A stretch of 64,000 nt of DNA from Anthoceros angustus (lineage: Eukaryota > Plantae > Anthocerotophyta). A model generated the notes under the pieces. It was not told the DNA's origin, made no database searches, and saw only the letters and a program-made list of their open reading frames with translations. A program made the position numbers and the translations under genes. This document shows positions 1 through 11,519 of the stretch, in pieces. The DNA is taken from positions 246,581-310,580 of the forward strand of contig MU008158.1 of assembly GCA_010909165.1 (NCBI GenBank), in the 5' to 3' direction. Position 1 is the first letter of the stretch. The number at the start of each line of letters is the position of its first letter.

Positions 1-1019
1 GCGGCTCCGGCGTGACGATCTCGCGTTCCGGAGATCCGCAGCCGGCGACCGTCGGGAGCAGGACCAGAAGCGACAGGACGACAGACAGCTTGAACATGGC
101 AGGCGACGGGAGCGAAGTTCTATCGGGATGAAACCGAGCGGCGCGAGCGAACGGCGATTCGTCAAGGCGGAGGGCGTCGACACCGCTCTTCCATGAAACC
201 CGGCTTCCTCCCCCCGGCTCGAACTTTCCAATGATCCATGTTCGGCCATTGGGCAAGCACAATTTGGTGGTGCGCCATCCCTCTCACGGTCTTCACTGGT
301 CTCGCGCCACAAACCAACGCCACCTCGCTGCGAATTTCACGGGGTCGGTCTCGAGTTCCTACCTCCTCGGCAAGGGCGCGGCATCGCGCCTTCCTCCTCC
401 TGCGTTGCGCCTCGCGATAGCGATGGGTTGAGCTCCTTCCCGTCGTTGCGCCTCGCGCCTCCTGCGATCACGGTGCCCCGGACACTCCTCGACCCTCGCG
501 CCCGTCGGCGCTCCGCTCGCTCCCGTCCGGCCCGTTGCGCTCCGTTGTTTGAACGGGATTGTCATTCCTAGGGTTAAGTTTCCCGGGTTCCCCTACTCCT
601 GCTCGACCTCTCAGCTTTCCCCAATCCACAACCCCACACTCATTCACTCTGCGTTGGTCGACCCCAAACTTATAGACCTATCACTCTAATTATTCCAACC
701 CCCTATCTCACATATATAGACTTTTTAGGGAACATTCCGAGTCCATGGGCCAAGGAACACCAAATTCCGGACCATTTATTTTCTAACTTAAAAATCAAAA
801 CAAGAAAAGAATCCATAGGCCAAGGGCATTTCTTCTATAAATACCGCCTACTACCAACCCGACTTATTTTCACACCACGATCCCAAAAACAAAAACACTT
901 CCTGTGCACGCCCCAACAGGGTTTCCAAGTCAGATTCGTCTACAAAGGATCATCCCGGATCAACCAAGAGGCCAAGAAACTACGGGCGAAGCGCCTCGTT
1001 AGGACATCCCCTTCCTCAT

Positions 1020-3075
1020 CCATGTGGGGACACCTCAACCTCCCAGAGGAGGCGGAGAAGGGCGGAGAAGGGCGGCCCCTCGGGCGGGGGAAAGAGCAAA
1101 GCGCTGAGGCGGAGGCCCCCTAAGGCCAAACGAGTCCGGAGGAGGACGGTAGGAGGATTCAGGACTCCATACGTCTGAACGGACCCCCGCCACCTAGGGA
1201 AGTGTGGGAAGATATCCTTCCTCCTCTTGGTGCCCCAGGCGAAGGAGGCGGCCTGGCGGAGTTGGCGGTTGCGGCTCCGGCGAGCCAGTGACCAACAACA
1301 GCCCTTGAGCGGACCGGTGGGGCGGCGTAAGATAAACACGATGAAGTGCACGGACCGCATCGGTGCCCTTGCCCCCACCGACGGAGTGGCAGGAGGCGGA
1401 GGAAGCCGTGAGGAGGCGGAGGGACGCCCAGGGCAGAGGACAGGGCAGCAACCCCACCAGCCATCACATCCCAGAGGCAAGAGGGCTCCGACCCTTCACC
1501 ACCTCCGAGTCCGAGTAGGAGAAGGGCGGAGAAGGGTGAGCGCCAAGAGGGCCAAGGCGGCTGACCTGGCCTCAAGACTGAGGGTCAAATTCGGAGAGCC
1601 TAGTCCGGACTCGCTCCGAGGCAGATGGCGGTCCTTGACGACCGAGATACCCGCGCCCACAATGACTTCACAGGCATCTCCACGGCCCGTGGAGGCGTGT
1701 TTTGGCTACCGTCATGGGCGGTATGCTGGGGTCTCGGGACGAGAAAAGACCTGTGAGGTGAAGGCAACAAGAAGGCGCATGGTACTCCTCAGAGGCGGAG
1801 GAGGCGGCCAAGATCTGAAGGAATCCCTCGCTCGAATCGAGGAGGGAAAGCGTCGGGAAGGCAGCGGGAGATGGAAGATCAGATTAAGGTCCTTGATTTG
1901 TGTGAACTGTGAAAAACGGGCAGAGGCCCAAGCACGCAGGAGGCGGAGGAGGCGGAGGAGGCGGAGGAGGCCGAGGGCAAGCGGAGAGGGCTCGCGACCT
2001 GGCCGAGGCGGCCCGGTTGGACCAACACCAAGCCGGTGAGGTTCAAGTGAAGGCGGCGCGAGGCGAAGCCGCAGCTAAGGCCCGGATCACTATCGGCGTG
2101 ATCAGGCTGGCGGAGGAGGCGGCGAGGATAGCTAACGCGGCTAAGCAGAGGCCGAGGCGGAGAGGGCTCGCGACCGGCCGAGGCGGAGGAGGCGGAGAAG
2201 GAGGCCAGCAACAGGAGATGGAGGATCTCAAAGGCTCGGTGTCAAGTGGAGAAGCAGCCCAGCGGGAGATGGAAGATCAGAGGAGACCTTGGAGCACTGC
2301 TCAAGTTACAATTGAGCGTAACGGGATTCGCAGGGCGTGATCGCGGATCACGAGCGGGAGATAGAGCGACTCCACTGCTGGTGAAGAGGTAAGGCGATGG
2401 AACAAGGAGCGGGCGCGAAATGGGAGGGACCCGACGGCGCAAAATCGCGGAGTTGCGGACCGCCCGAGAGAGGGAGCTGAGGCGTGATGAACGGAGGAAG
2501 AGCCTTGACGCAGAAAAGAAGCCGCTGGCTTAAGGAAGGCGGAGGAACCTTTGCGTCTTGGCGGCGCGGCGGAGGCGAAGGAGGAGGCGGAGGAGGCGGA
2601 GGAGGCGGAGGAGGCGGAGGAGGCGGAGGAGGTCCGGACTCGAGAGGAGGCGGAGGAGGCGGACCAACAAAATGGACATGCCCGGCTCACAGAGCACCTA
2701 TGGCGAAGGGAGTAGCGGGTGCTCCGGGCGCATGTGGAAGAGGCAATCCAGCAAATCGACTCGGATTTTGCCTACTACCACGCTGAGCTCCTCAAGGCGT
2801 TGGAAGCCTCTCAGCGCCCGCTGCAACGGGACGGACCTCCGGAAGGCTCAGAGGGAGTGGAAGGGGAAGAAGGACATGGGGACAGCACGGGGGCCTTGGT
2901 GGCCTTGTTTGGTGATGACGGCAGCAGTGGAGAAGAGCCCGGAGGAGCGTGCCGCCAATGCAACGGACCTTGGGTAAGCCACCGCAACTGGGAGGATAAG
3001 GATGGGGCCCCGAAAGGCGAGAAGGAGGTAACCAACGACCCAAGACAAGGGTCGGTGGGTGAGATGGGCCCCTAA
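1020..3075 (+). pseudogene. Decayed retroelement accessory ORF encoding an Ala/Glu/Arg-rich coiled-coil protein
   Basis: GGAGGAGGC 9-mer arrays (about 1940-1975 and 2575-2660) read AEEAEEAEE in one frame, continuing into VLRAHVEEAIQQIDSDFAYYHAELLKALE. Multiple stops and frameshifts. Confidence 0.45.
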
Positions 3076-3546
3076 CGGTGGCGGTCCGCGGATCGAGGGT
3101 CGGGACTTGAGGGCCGGACCACAGTAATAAGTTCGGACCACAGTCCGAACCCCAGATGAGGCCGGACCGAGGACCGACTGAAATAATAAACTCACAAGAT
3201 CGGACCGAGGCGAGACAGACCCCAGGTCCGGACTCGAGAGGAGGCGGAAGTCACCACTTGTCCGGGGGGAGCAATCGATTGGCGGCCCTCACAGAGACCC
3301 ACTTGGGGGAGAGGAAGATGTGGTGGTTACCGCGGGTTGGCCGGACCGCCGGTGTAACTGACAGGATTCGGAAGGGAAGGGTCCCGCCAGATCATCCGAT
3401 TGGGTATGCCCTATCGGGCGGGGATTAGGCCACCAGTGAGGCAGACCAAGGTCATCCCAGGCCCACCAGCAGCGGAGATAGGAGGAAGGGAATAAGATGG
3501 TAGGCGGCGATTAGGGCATCGAGCTAGCCACCGGCTCGAATAGGGG

Positions 3547-4143
3547 TGTAATAAAGACGCCGACTTTGGGCGTAGTATAAGAGGGCCGAGGCTCTAGTAA
3601 AGTATCTTTCTCTTGGTGTTGATGCGCTTGGCAGCTCAGCGTCTTCTTGCTAGCGTGAGTCCCGAGTCATCGAAAGTGCATGGCCCGAGAGACTGGCAGT
3701 CAAGGTCCGGTGGCGGACCCTAACGTGTGGTGGTGTGTGCAGGGAAGAGCGATCGGGGACCCTTGCCGTCCGGCGGCCAGCGTCGCCCGGCACAGCGTGT
3801 GAGCCGGAGGAACCCGGAGGGCGTGTAGAGCCCGAACGGAGAGGCCTGGCAGAGCGAAGGAGGAGGTCCGGACCGCTACCACCCGCGTTTTTCCCAAGGG
3901 CGATGAGTGCGGTGAGAGTGGTGAGAGGAGCGGACTAGAGGAATGAGTGACGAACTTGAATGATACGGACGCGAACGGGTCCTTAACGTTTGTACCTGTG
4001 CTTTGATTGAGCGTTCTGGAGTAGTTAGTCGTAAAACGATGAAGGTGTGTGTTGAGTTTGAAACGGTCGCTGTGTGAGGTGAGAAACGATTGGAACGTGG
4101 CAACGGAGCCTATCATTCTCTTGGGAACGGACCCCTTACTACA
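3547..4143 (+). repeat. Putative 3' long terminal repeat
   Basis: Starts TGTAATAAAG and ends CCTTACTACA (reverse complement TGTAGTAAGG, 8/10 match to the start). Preceded by a PPT-like tract; followed by ACGAC (candidate 5-bp TSD). Confidence 0.65.
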
Positions 4144-4631
4144 ACGACACGGGATTGTGCGCGCCCGGCTGGCCGTCAGCGAAAGTCGCGCCACAGTGTT
4201 ATTGTAAGATATTATGTCTGCATTGTAAATGCCCCGTTGTATTTTTCTGACAATGCGTTGTAAACCACTTCCCGTTGTAAGTAGACCATGGACCATTGTA
4301 AAAGGAAATCGTTGTAAACAAACGTTATGGTGTTTACTACAAGCGTTGTTGTAAACAGCACATTCATTGTTGTAAAGTCATTGCTAGGAAATATGCATGT
4401 TGTAACCCAGAAGAGCCCTCGTAGTAAAGTTGCTTTCGTTATGCCATGTCTGAATAGCCAGTGGCCAAATACACCCCGTAGTAAAACACTAGAGCTCCTG
4501 TAGTAACGCGAATGGCTATACAAAAAAATAATACATGAACCATGAAGCCTCGTTGTAAATCGAATTGAGCTTGAAATCTCCCCCTGTTCTACAAAACAGC
4601 CTATAGTAAGAGGCCTGTTTTCCTAGTAGTG
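4144..4631 (+). mobile_element. Right end of a CACTA/EnSpm DNA transposon (subterminal repeats plus terminal inverted repeat)
   Basis: Ends TTTTCCTAGTAGTG (4618-4631), whose reverse complement is CACTACTAGGAAAA. Many dispersed (C)GTTGTAAA / CGTAGTAA subterminal motifs lie between about 4200 and 4610. Confidence 0.8.
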
Positions 4632-4849
4632 AACAGACTGAAATCTGTGAAAAGACAGGGAATACTATACTAAATAAAATAATCATTCTAGCCTGTTGTT
4701 CTACCTTCAACGGCAGTCATGGGGAGGGGGGGGGGTTAGGGGATTAAACTCCTATTCTGCATCGTGTTGTGTTGAGCAATGAACAGAGGTTGCCACTCTG
4801 CCTTAAAAAGATACCTTGGGTATGGAGTTGACTGACTTCAGCAGTTGTG

Positions 4850-6350
4850 TCAACGAAGTGACTACATTAGACATCTACTTCATCCATCAATGGCATTCTC
4901 ATGGTGTTGTATCTCATTGTAAGAATTATATCTCCCTTCCCCAGGTTCCACTTTTGGCATGAGCATGAGGGTGTGTGCGTATGGCTCCTCTATTTCTATG
5001 GTGTTCCACACACATGAACGCTTGTCTAAAAAAGCTATATGCCCTCACTGGGTCTTTGTATTATTCACTCCAGTTTTGCCGTCCCTCAAATACATCGGGG
5101 ATAAAAATACCTTATACTCTACAATGCAGCACATTCTAAGAGCGTGTGGTGTTCGCCATCCACTTCACCACTCATACATAGTAGACAAATCCTATTCTTT
5201 GGTGGCATGTGATCTCACCGAGAACTCGGATTGTACTATAGTCTAAATTGAGCTAGTGCTCTCACCGCATCAAGCTCCTCAAATTGATTCGTATCACACA
5301 TGGAGTTTTGTGGCTGATTTTTTGCCCGAAATTCCATATCGAGCAAAGCCTCGTATGTACATTGGGAATCCATTTGACCATTCACGACAACAACTTAATG
5401 CGATCAATGCAGGGCGGCCCAAGAGCTAGATCACAAGTGTAAGATCTACTGCTTTGTGCAACAACTCTGCATATAAATGTTGTGGTAGTGTGTTAGCTAA
5501 CTTATACACTAGCAAACATATTTTGTTTCAACCACATTCCTAGCGCTTGTATCGTGAGCTTTCATTTCCTTGACGAACCTGAGAGGGACCCGAGACACAT
5601 TGATCACTAGCCACATTGGCTTTACAAGCCACATGAACGTGTATTTAGGGATGACGTATCTTGAGACCGAAGAAAGACCATCAAGGAGATGCCCACTGAC
5701 TGCAAGCGAAAAGGAAAGAACAGCGAATGAATGCAACCACAAGAACTAGGGTCTAAGAACCTTTAATCTTACAAGGAATGTGGGTGTGATACACACAAGA
5801 GCTTGGCAATCACGAGATCCCTAAAGACCTGCACAGTTCGACATCGATTAACATTCCTGCACCATATCCATTAATATTACCATGCGCACAACACAAATTG
5901 GATGCATTATTTATATCTTCAAGAACCAACAACTTTTGTATTGTGGAAGTCTTGAGGGGTACCTTTGTGAGATATCACGATGAAAACCTGGATTGAAGTT
6001 TTCCATCCGTAGAGAAATTCCAGAAACCTTGTCTAAATGCAATGGAAATAGGGACTGCCAATACGAATAAACATACGGCCAAGTTGTACAATATCGTCAT
6101 TCATAGCTACTAATCTCATCTCCTAACTCCCTGAGGCCCTTGATAAAATTATGAAACCGATTTTTGTGTCCTAAACATATCTCTGACATATTATATAAAT
6201 GTCTTTGAAGGGTATGAAAGAAGAAATGGGGTTGAGCTCTGGCCTGAGCTACATAGCCTTAACTTGAATCTATGTCGATGAGTGTCAACGTGGCTAAGCT
6301 GGGACTTGAGATGACTCGATGCACTTCGTCCATCTCATCCTATTGCAAAG
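4850..6350 (-). mobile_element. Degenerate MULE/MuDR-like transposase remnant
   Basis: Minus strand near 4940-4980 reads HTPSCSCQKWNLG (SWIM-type CxCxxW). Surrounding frames are broken by stops. Confidence 0.4.
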
Positions 6351-7154
6351 AAAACGGCTCCACCAACATAGCAATACGCTGAAGTTCATTTCCCCATTCA
6401 TTATGTCTTCTCTCCTCCGTTTTTTTTCACTTTTGTTTTTTGGATCCTATTGCACTCAATGAATGCTACAACTTTTGTTCACAATATATTTCCTAAAAAC
6501 AAATAAAATGTACTAATTTTTCCATTCATATGGTGTAACAATTTGACCAAGTTTCTCATTTTCTCTTTTCTTCTTTGCTTCTCCAATGAAGCTAAAACTT
6601 GGTACGTATATTTAATACGCGTATATGATTCTGTTTAAAAAATATCATCTTCATTAAACTTGTAGGTTAGGAGATACAACATATTTCTCCATAGAGTGAT
6701 AAAATTGACACTTTTAAGATGTTACATGCGTTACTACTATAAGTGGTGCACCCATCTATGCATGCACCTAGCAGTAGAAGAGGCATTACCCAAATACCTC
6801 TAGCGGTGGATGGAGGCTAAAGCCACATTGTGGGCGTGGACAACAATCACCCTGCTCCAAGGTGTGGTGCACCAGGCGTGAGGAACTTGCGGACCAGCTT
6901 TTAGGCTCTTTTGGGATTGAGGAGGGTGTAGGATGTTTCTTTTGTGCACTCCCACCATGAGAAGTGAGTGCAAACCGTATCGAATTTTCATTTGTGTCGA
7001 ATTGAGGCATGAGCCCAGTTGGCTCTGTTTTTGGTCCAATGTGTGATCTTCCTCCCTGAAAAAATCCTCCCCTTCCTGGCCTGGAGTGGGCATGTAGGCT
7101 TTGCAGTCGCGCGAGAAGAAGAAGAAGAAGAATTTTATTTCCACTAAGGTGATT

Positions 7155-7330
7155 GTCATGGGACTTGGTACTTGACAACTTGTACCATGGTGTGCCTAAG
7201 CTACTTGCACCAAGGCATCCACTCCTTTAGGCACCCGATCTAAGTACCGATCTAAGCTCAGGATGCTTAATCACGGCGTTCTTATAAATGTGTGTCCATT
7301 TGGCCTAAGCCATTTGGACACACATGAGCG
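7155..7330. repeat. Dispersed repeat, with an inverted copy at about 34720-34960 and a partial copy at about 21180-21260; includes an 11-bp-stem hairpin
   Basis: CATGGGACTTGGTA...TTGTACCATGGTGTGCCTAAGCT and TGTGTGTCCATTTGGCCTA match the reverse complement of 34720-34960. GTCCATTT..CCTAAGCCATTTGGACAC recurs at 21231. Confidence 0.7.
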
Positions 7331-7958
7331 AGGCCTGGATGGCTGCTCCAGGCCATCTGCCACAAAGGCCTGGTGAAGGTTTGTTGACGGCATACTCAAG
7401 GCCTGCGCAAGGCCGTTTCTTCGATGTTCCATACTATGTGGCTCAGGTTGAGGTTCACGGAGGTTAGCTAGATGGGTGCTTGCGAGGATGTGCAAGGGCC
7501 AATGTTCCGACAACCCTAAGAAAGAAAACCATGTGTATTGTACGAAAAAGATTCTTGACACACCTTCTGATGACATCGGAAAACGGGGGACAGCCCCTCG
7601 GCCGATATCGTCAAGTATGTGACCTAAGAAGTTTTCCTGCTGCAATGGAAAAACTTTTTTTGTCACCCTCGATAAAAACCCAAGTTGGCCCCGTGACGAC
7701 TTCGGTATTCCATATAGGTGCCCACCTAAACCGATACTTCAAGCGGGGTACAAATGCCTAAACCGATACTTCAAACGGAGGCCAAGTGTTATCAGTTTAT
7801 GTAGCTACCTACCTACCTACGGTATTCAACAAACTAACAAACAAACCTTCCGTAGGACACCCACCTACATTTGGAGGATTAGAACCCTGAGATCGTTTTG
7901 CCACCTGAAGCCACGCGAATTCAGCTGCCCTCCGCCAGGTGCTGGTCTCGGGAGAGCC

Positions 7959-9126
7959 ATGACGACAGCTGCACGGCCAACGTGGGCGCCGGCCAAGGGT
8001 GGCCATGAGCAGGGAGGAGTGCGCATGTTCGGGCCCTCTCAGAAGTTTTCATCGCGGGATCTCGCTTCTCACACTGCTCTCAAGCTCAGGTATGGCTGCA
8101 AGGTGTTGATACCAATCTACCGATGTGTGTCTGGTGGTAGAGTGTTGTGGTGCACGCTGGTGAGGTCAATTCTGGGAGCGATGGTATTCCCATGGCTGGT
8201 TGCCCTAATTGGGGATGAAAGCCGTTTTGCTGCGCAGGAAGGATGGGCAGGACACCACTGAGGAGCTGAGGAAGCGGAATATCAGGGAAGAGCTCGAGGA
8301 CCGGGAGAGAAGGCACTTCTCTTCCAAGGACCGGAGTTACGCCTCGTCAAGCCTGAAAAGAGAGGAGGAAAAGCTCTTGGCCATCAAGAACATAGATGCA
8401 GACGACTCGGACGTGGAGGCTCAAGCTTCCGACCAGAGGTATGTGTGTGTGCCTGTTGTGAACGATTTGCTAGCTCAGCTGGAAGCCTTTGAGATGACGG
8501 ATTGATGGTTGCCATGGTAGGTACCTCCTTTGACGAATTAGGGTTTCGTTGCTGTATGCAGTGATGACGATGACGACGAGGATGAGACTGCCGCCTTGAT
8601 GGCGGAATTGGAGAGAATAAAAAAGGAACGGGCTGAGGAGGCTCTGCGCAAGGTCAGTTGTTCTCGCCTCCGTGTGGCAGATGCGGCTAGGTGCTTGTTG
8701 AGACCTTGTTGAGGTCCAGTAGATAAGCTTGTAGTCTCCAACCCATTGCACCCTTAATTAGGGGTGACAGGGAGACGTGATGCGCAAGGGTTTGCTTACA
8801 CTTGGTTGGTGCATGCAGGAAAGACGGCAACAGGAGGACGAAATGAAAGTCAAAGAAGCGGAGATGATCAGAGGAAACCCTCTGATGAATACAACATCCT
8901 TTGCAGTCAAACGGAGGTATGGCCATTGCTCCAGTGCTCCGGTCCTAGAGGATTTTCGTCCTTAAAATCACGTCTCACTCGCTTGTCTGCCTGGGTGCGC
9001 AGGTGGGATGACGATGTTGTGTTCAAGAACCAAGCCCGAGGAGAACCGAAGGTGTCCAAGCGCTTCATCAACGACACAATACGAAACGACTTCCACAGAA
9101 AGTTCTTGAACAAGTACATGAAGTAG
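7959..9126 (+). CDS. CWC15: Pre-mRNA splicing factor CWC15/Cwf15 (5 exons: ~7959-8089, 8238-8438, 8562-8652, 8819-8916, 9003-9126)
   Basis: N-terminus MTTAARPTWAPAKGG...SRDLASHTALKLR and C-terminus RRWDDDVVFKNQARGEPK..RFINDTIRNDFHRKFLNKYMK are diagnostic; GT-AG introns join in frame. Confidence 0.95.
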
Positions 9127-9864
9127 GAGGCCTGCCATACCCTCTTACCCGTGGGGGAGCTAGGAAGCTTGTGCCTTGAGCCCTTGAGACTAGGTGATTG
9201 CGGACTGTGCCTCCTAATTCTGAAGGCTCTGTTCTTTGTACAGTACGATTGATTAAAAGATGTACAATGTTACATACATACCGGACTAGGTAGTTTTCAC
9301 GGCTTTCCGATTTTCCTGGTTAGACATTACTGAATCTCGTATTAGATGCATCTTCCATAGACCGCCACACAACGCGGGACATGAGATCAAAACCAGAGTC
9401 TCCTTGATTTGCGTCGGAGTGGATGAGCTAATCTACAGCAGCCACAGGATGCGGGCGGGGTCAGGCATCCAGAGTGTCCAACGGTCAGAGCGGGCGGGCC
9501 CAGCGACCAATGGTTGGCCACCATAACGCCATAGCCAATGAGCGCAGCTGTGTGCGATCTCCTCTATCCCCCTTGTCCACAGCAGCTGCCGAGACGGAGC
9601 ACCCGGCCTTGAATTTCCCGGGACGCAACACAGTGCGCCTGAGACAAGGCGAGAAGCTGTAAGCCTGCTGCTCCCTTGGCCGCTCGCCCGCCCGCTCCTC
9701 CTGCTCCTCTCTTCTCGACATTGAAGCCTGCAGGCTCAGTTGTTCCCGTCGTCAGCCAAGCCAGCCAAGCCATCCAGCCTCGGCCCGCAGATCGCACTGC
9801 ACGGTGCCGGGCGGAAGCAGCAGCCGGCGGAGAGGCAGGAAGGAATCGCACTCGGAGTCGGACA

Positions 9865-10885
9865 ATGGCCACCGCCATGGCGTGCACCCAGCTGGCCGCG
9901 GCGGCCGCCGCCCCGGCCATCTCCATGCGCTCCAGGTTCTTCGCCGGCTCCAGCTCCGCGTCGCTGGCCATGCTCCCCACCAACGGCTCCAGGCTGAGCA
10001 TGTCGGAGTGGCTCCCGGGCCAGCCCCGCCCCGCCTACCTCGACGGCAAGGCCCCCGGGTAATGCAGAATCCTGCTCCTGCATTTGGAATCCGGGCGCAT
10101 TGGCTGGGCCTGTGCGGGGACCTCACCCCCTGGATGCTTTGTCGTGCAATGCAGTGACTTCGGCTTCGACCCTCTTGGCCTGGGCGAGGTGCCCGAGAAT
10201 CTGGAGAGGTTCAAGGAGTCTGAGCTCATCCACGGGCGCTGGGCCATGCTTGCTGTGGTGAGCCTCCTCTTCCCCCTCCTTGACGCCGTGTCTGAATCTG
10301 TGGGGTGGATGGCGGTGGCGTGATGTTGTGTTGCTCCGGATGCAGCCCGGAGTGCTCTTGCCCGAGGCCCTCGGCCTGGGCAACTGGGTGGACGCCCAAA
10401 AGTGGGCTGCCACCCCCGGCGGCCAGGCCACCTACCTCGGCAACCCCGTGCCCTGGGGCTACCTCCCCATCATCCTCACCGTCGAATTCCTCGCCATCGC
10501 CTTCGTTGAGGCCAAGAGGAACGATGAGAAAGACCCCGAGAAGAGGAAGTACCCTGGTGGCCCATTCGACCCTCTGGGCTTCTCGAAGGACCCGAAGAAG
10601 CTTGAGGAGTTCAAGCTCAAGGAAATCAAGAACGGTAATGCTTGTGTGCTTGCTGAGGGATCTACGCTTTGCTGTGGGCGGTGGAGATTGTGAAGCTAAT
10701 TTTTTGTGTGGTGTGGTGTTTTGTCTTCTCTCGCAGGCCGTCTCGCCCTTCTGGCTTTCCTCGGATTTTCTATCCAGGCCGTGGTGTACCCCGGAACTGG
10801 GCCCCTCGAGAACCTAGCCACCCACCTGGCCGACCCCTTCCACAAGAACATTGCTGAGATCGTGATTCCCAGGTCCATCCTCTAG
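9865..10885 (+). CDS. LHCA1: Photosystem I light-harvesting chlorophyll a/b protein Lhca1 (4 exons)
   Basis: Transit peptide, then [99 protein letters not shown]. Confidence 0.95.
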
Positions 10886-11519
10886 ATTAGCCGTGTAAGG
10901 TAGACGTAGGAAGTGATAGTGGGTTACTGGTGCAAGATGCGTGGGTGTTTCTTTTGTACTGTATCATGGCTCGAGGCCCGCCAGAAGGCTGCCTCCTTTG
11001 TACACAGCATTTTTATCTTGCCTCTCTGATAAGAGAAACCTCTGTCCGGCCTCTGCATTGCTCTTTGTCTCCGGTCTTCGGAAATGCAAGGAAAGGTTGT
11101 TCGGGACATGCGTAACAGGGAGCTTGAGTGGTAGTCTAGACCGCACCAGCGGCATGCTGCCAGCTCGGACTGTTATGGAGTGACATGCTGGCTTCCGGCT
11201 GGATTCGGGTTTCGGAGGACATGAGAGATGTCACGGAAACGGATTGACTATGCGACCGATCGCCTTCGTCGGCACAGATGAAATCAAAGGTGGGAGAAAG
11301 GAATAAGCTTGCGAGGTGTGGCCTGACTAGGTAACAATTTGAATGATCAAAGAGGATTTGAACTGAACAACTGCCCAGTTCAATTTGAAATCAAAGGCGT
11401 CACCACCCTAATCGTCTGTCCGGCAGGACGGTGTGACGGAGAAAATCTCACACGCGTTATCGGGGATGGCTTGAAGTCTATCTCGATCCAGCTTGCTTTC
11501 GTGGCTGCTCCTCGGAAGC

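Larger units (their letters stand above)
1..4143 (+). mobile_element. 3' part of an LTR retrotransposon (probably Ty3/Gypsy, Tat/Athila-like, with extra ORFs downstream of pol); 5' part lies outside the window
   Basis: Purine-rich GAATAGGGG (3538-3546) directly precedes a ~600-bp segment bounded by TG...CA with imperfect inverted ends. The internal region holds decayed coiled-coil (AEE-repeat) coding sequence. No RT or integrase is visible in the window, so the lineage is inferred. Confidence 0.6.

Noticed and set aside
1227-2977. Poly-Arg and poly-Gly ORFs
   Set aside because: They are alternative frames of the GGAGGAGGC 9-mer array, not independent genes.
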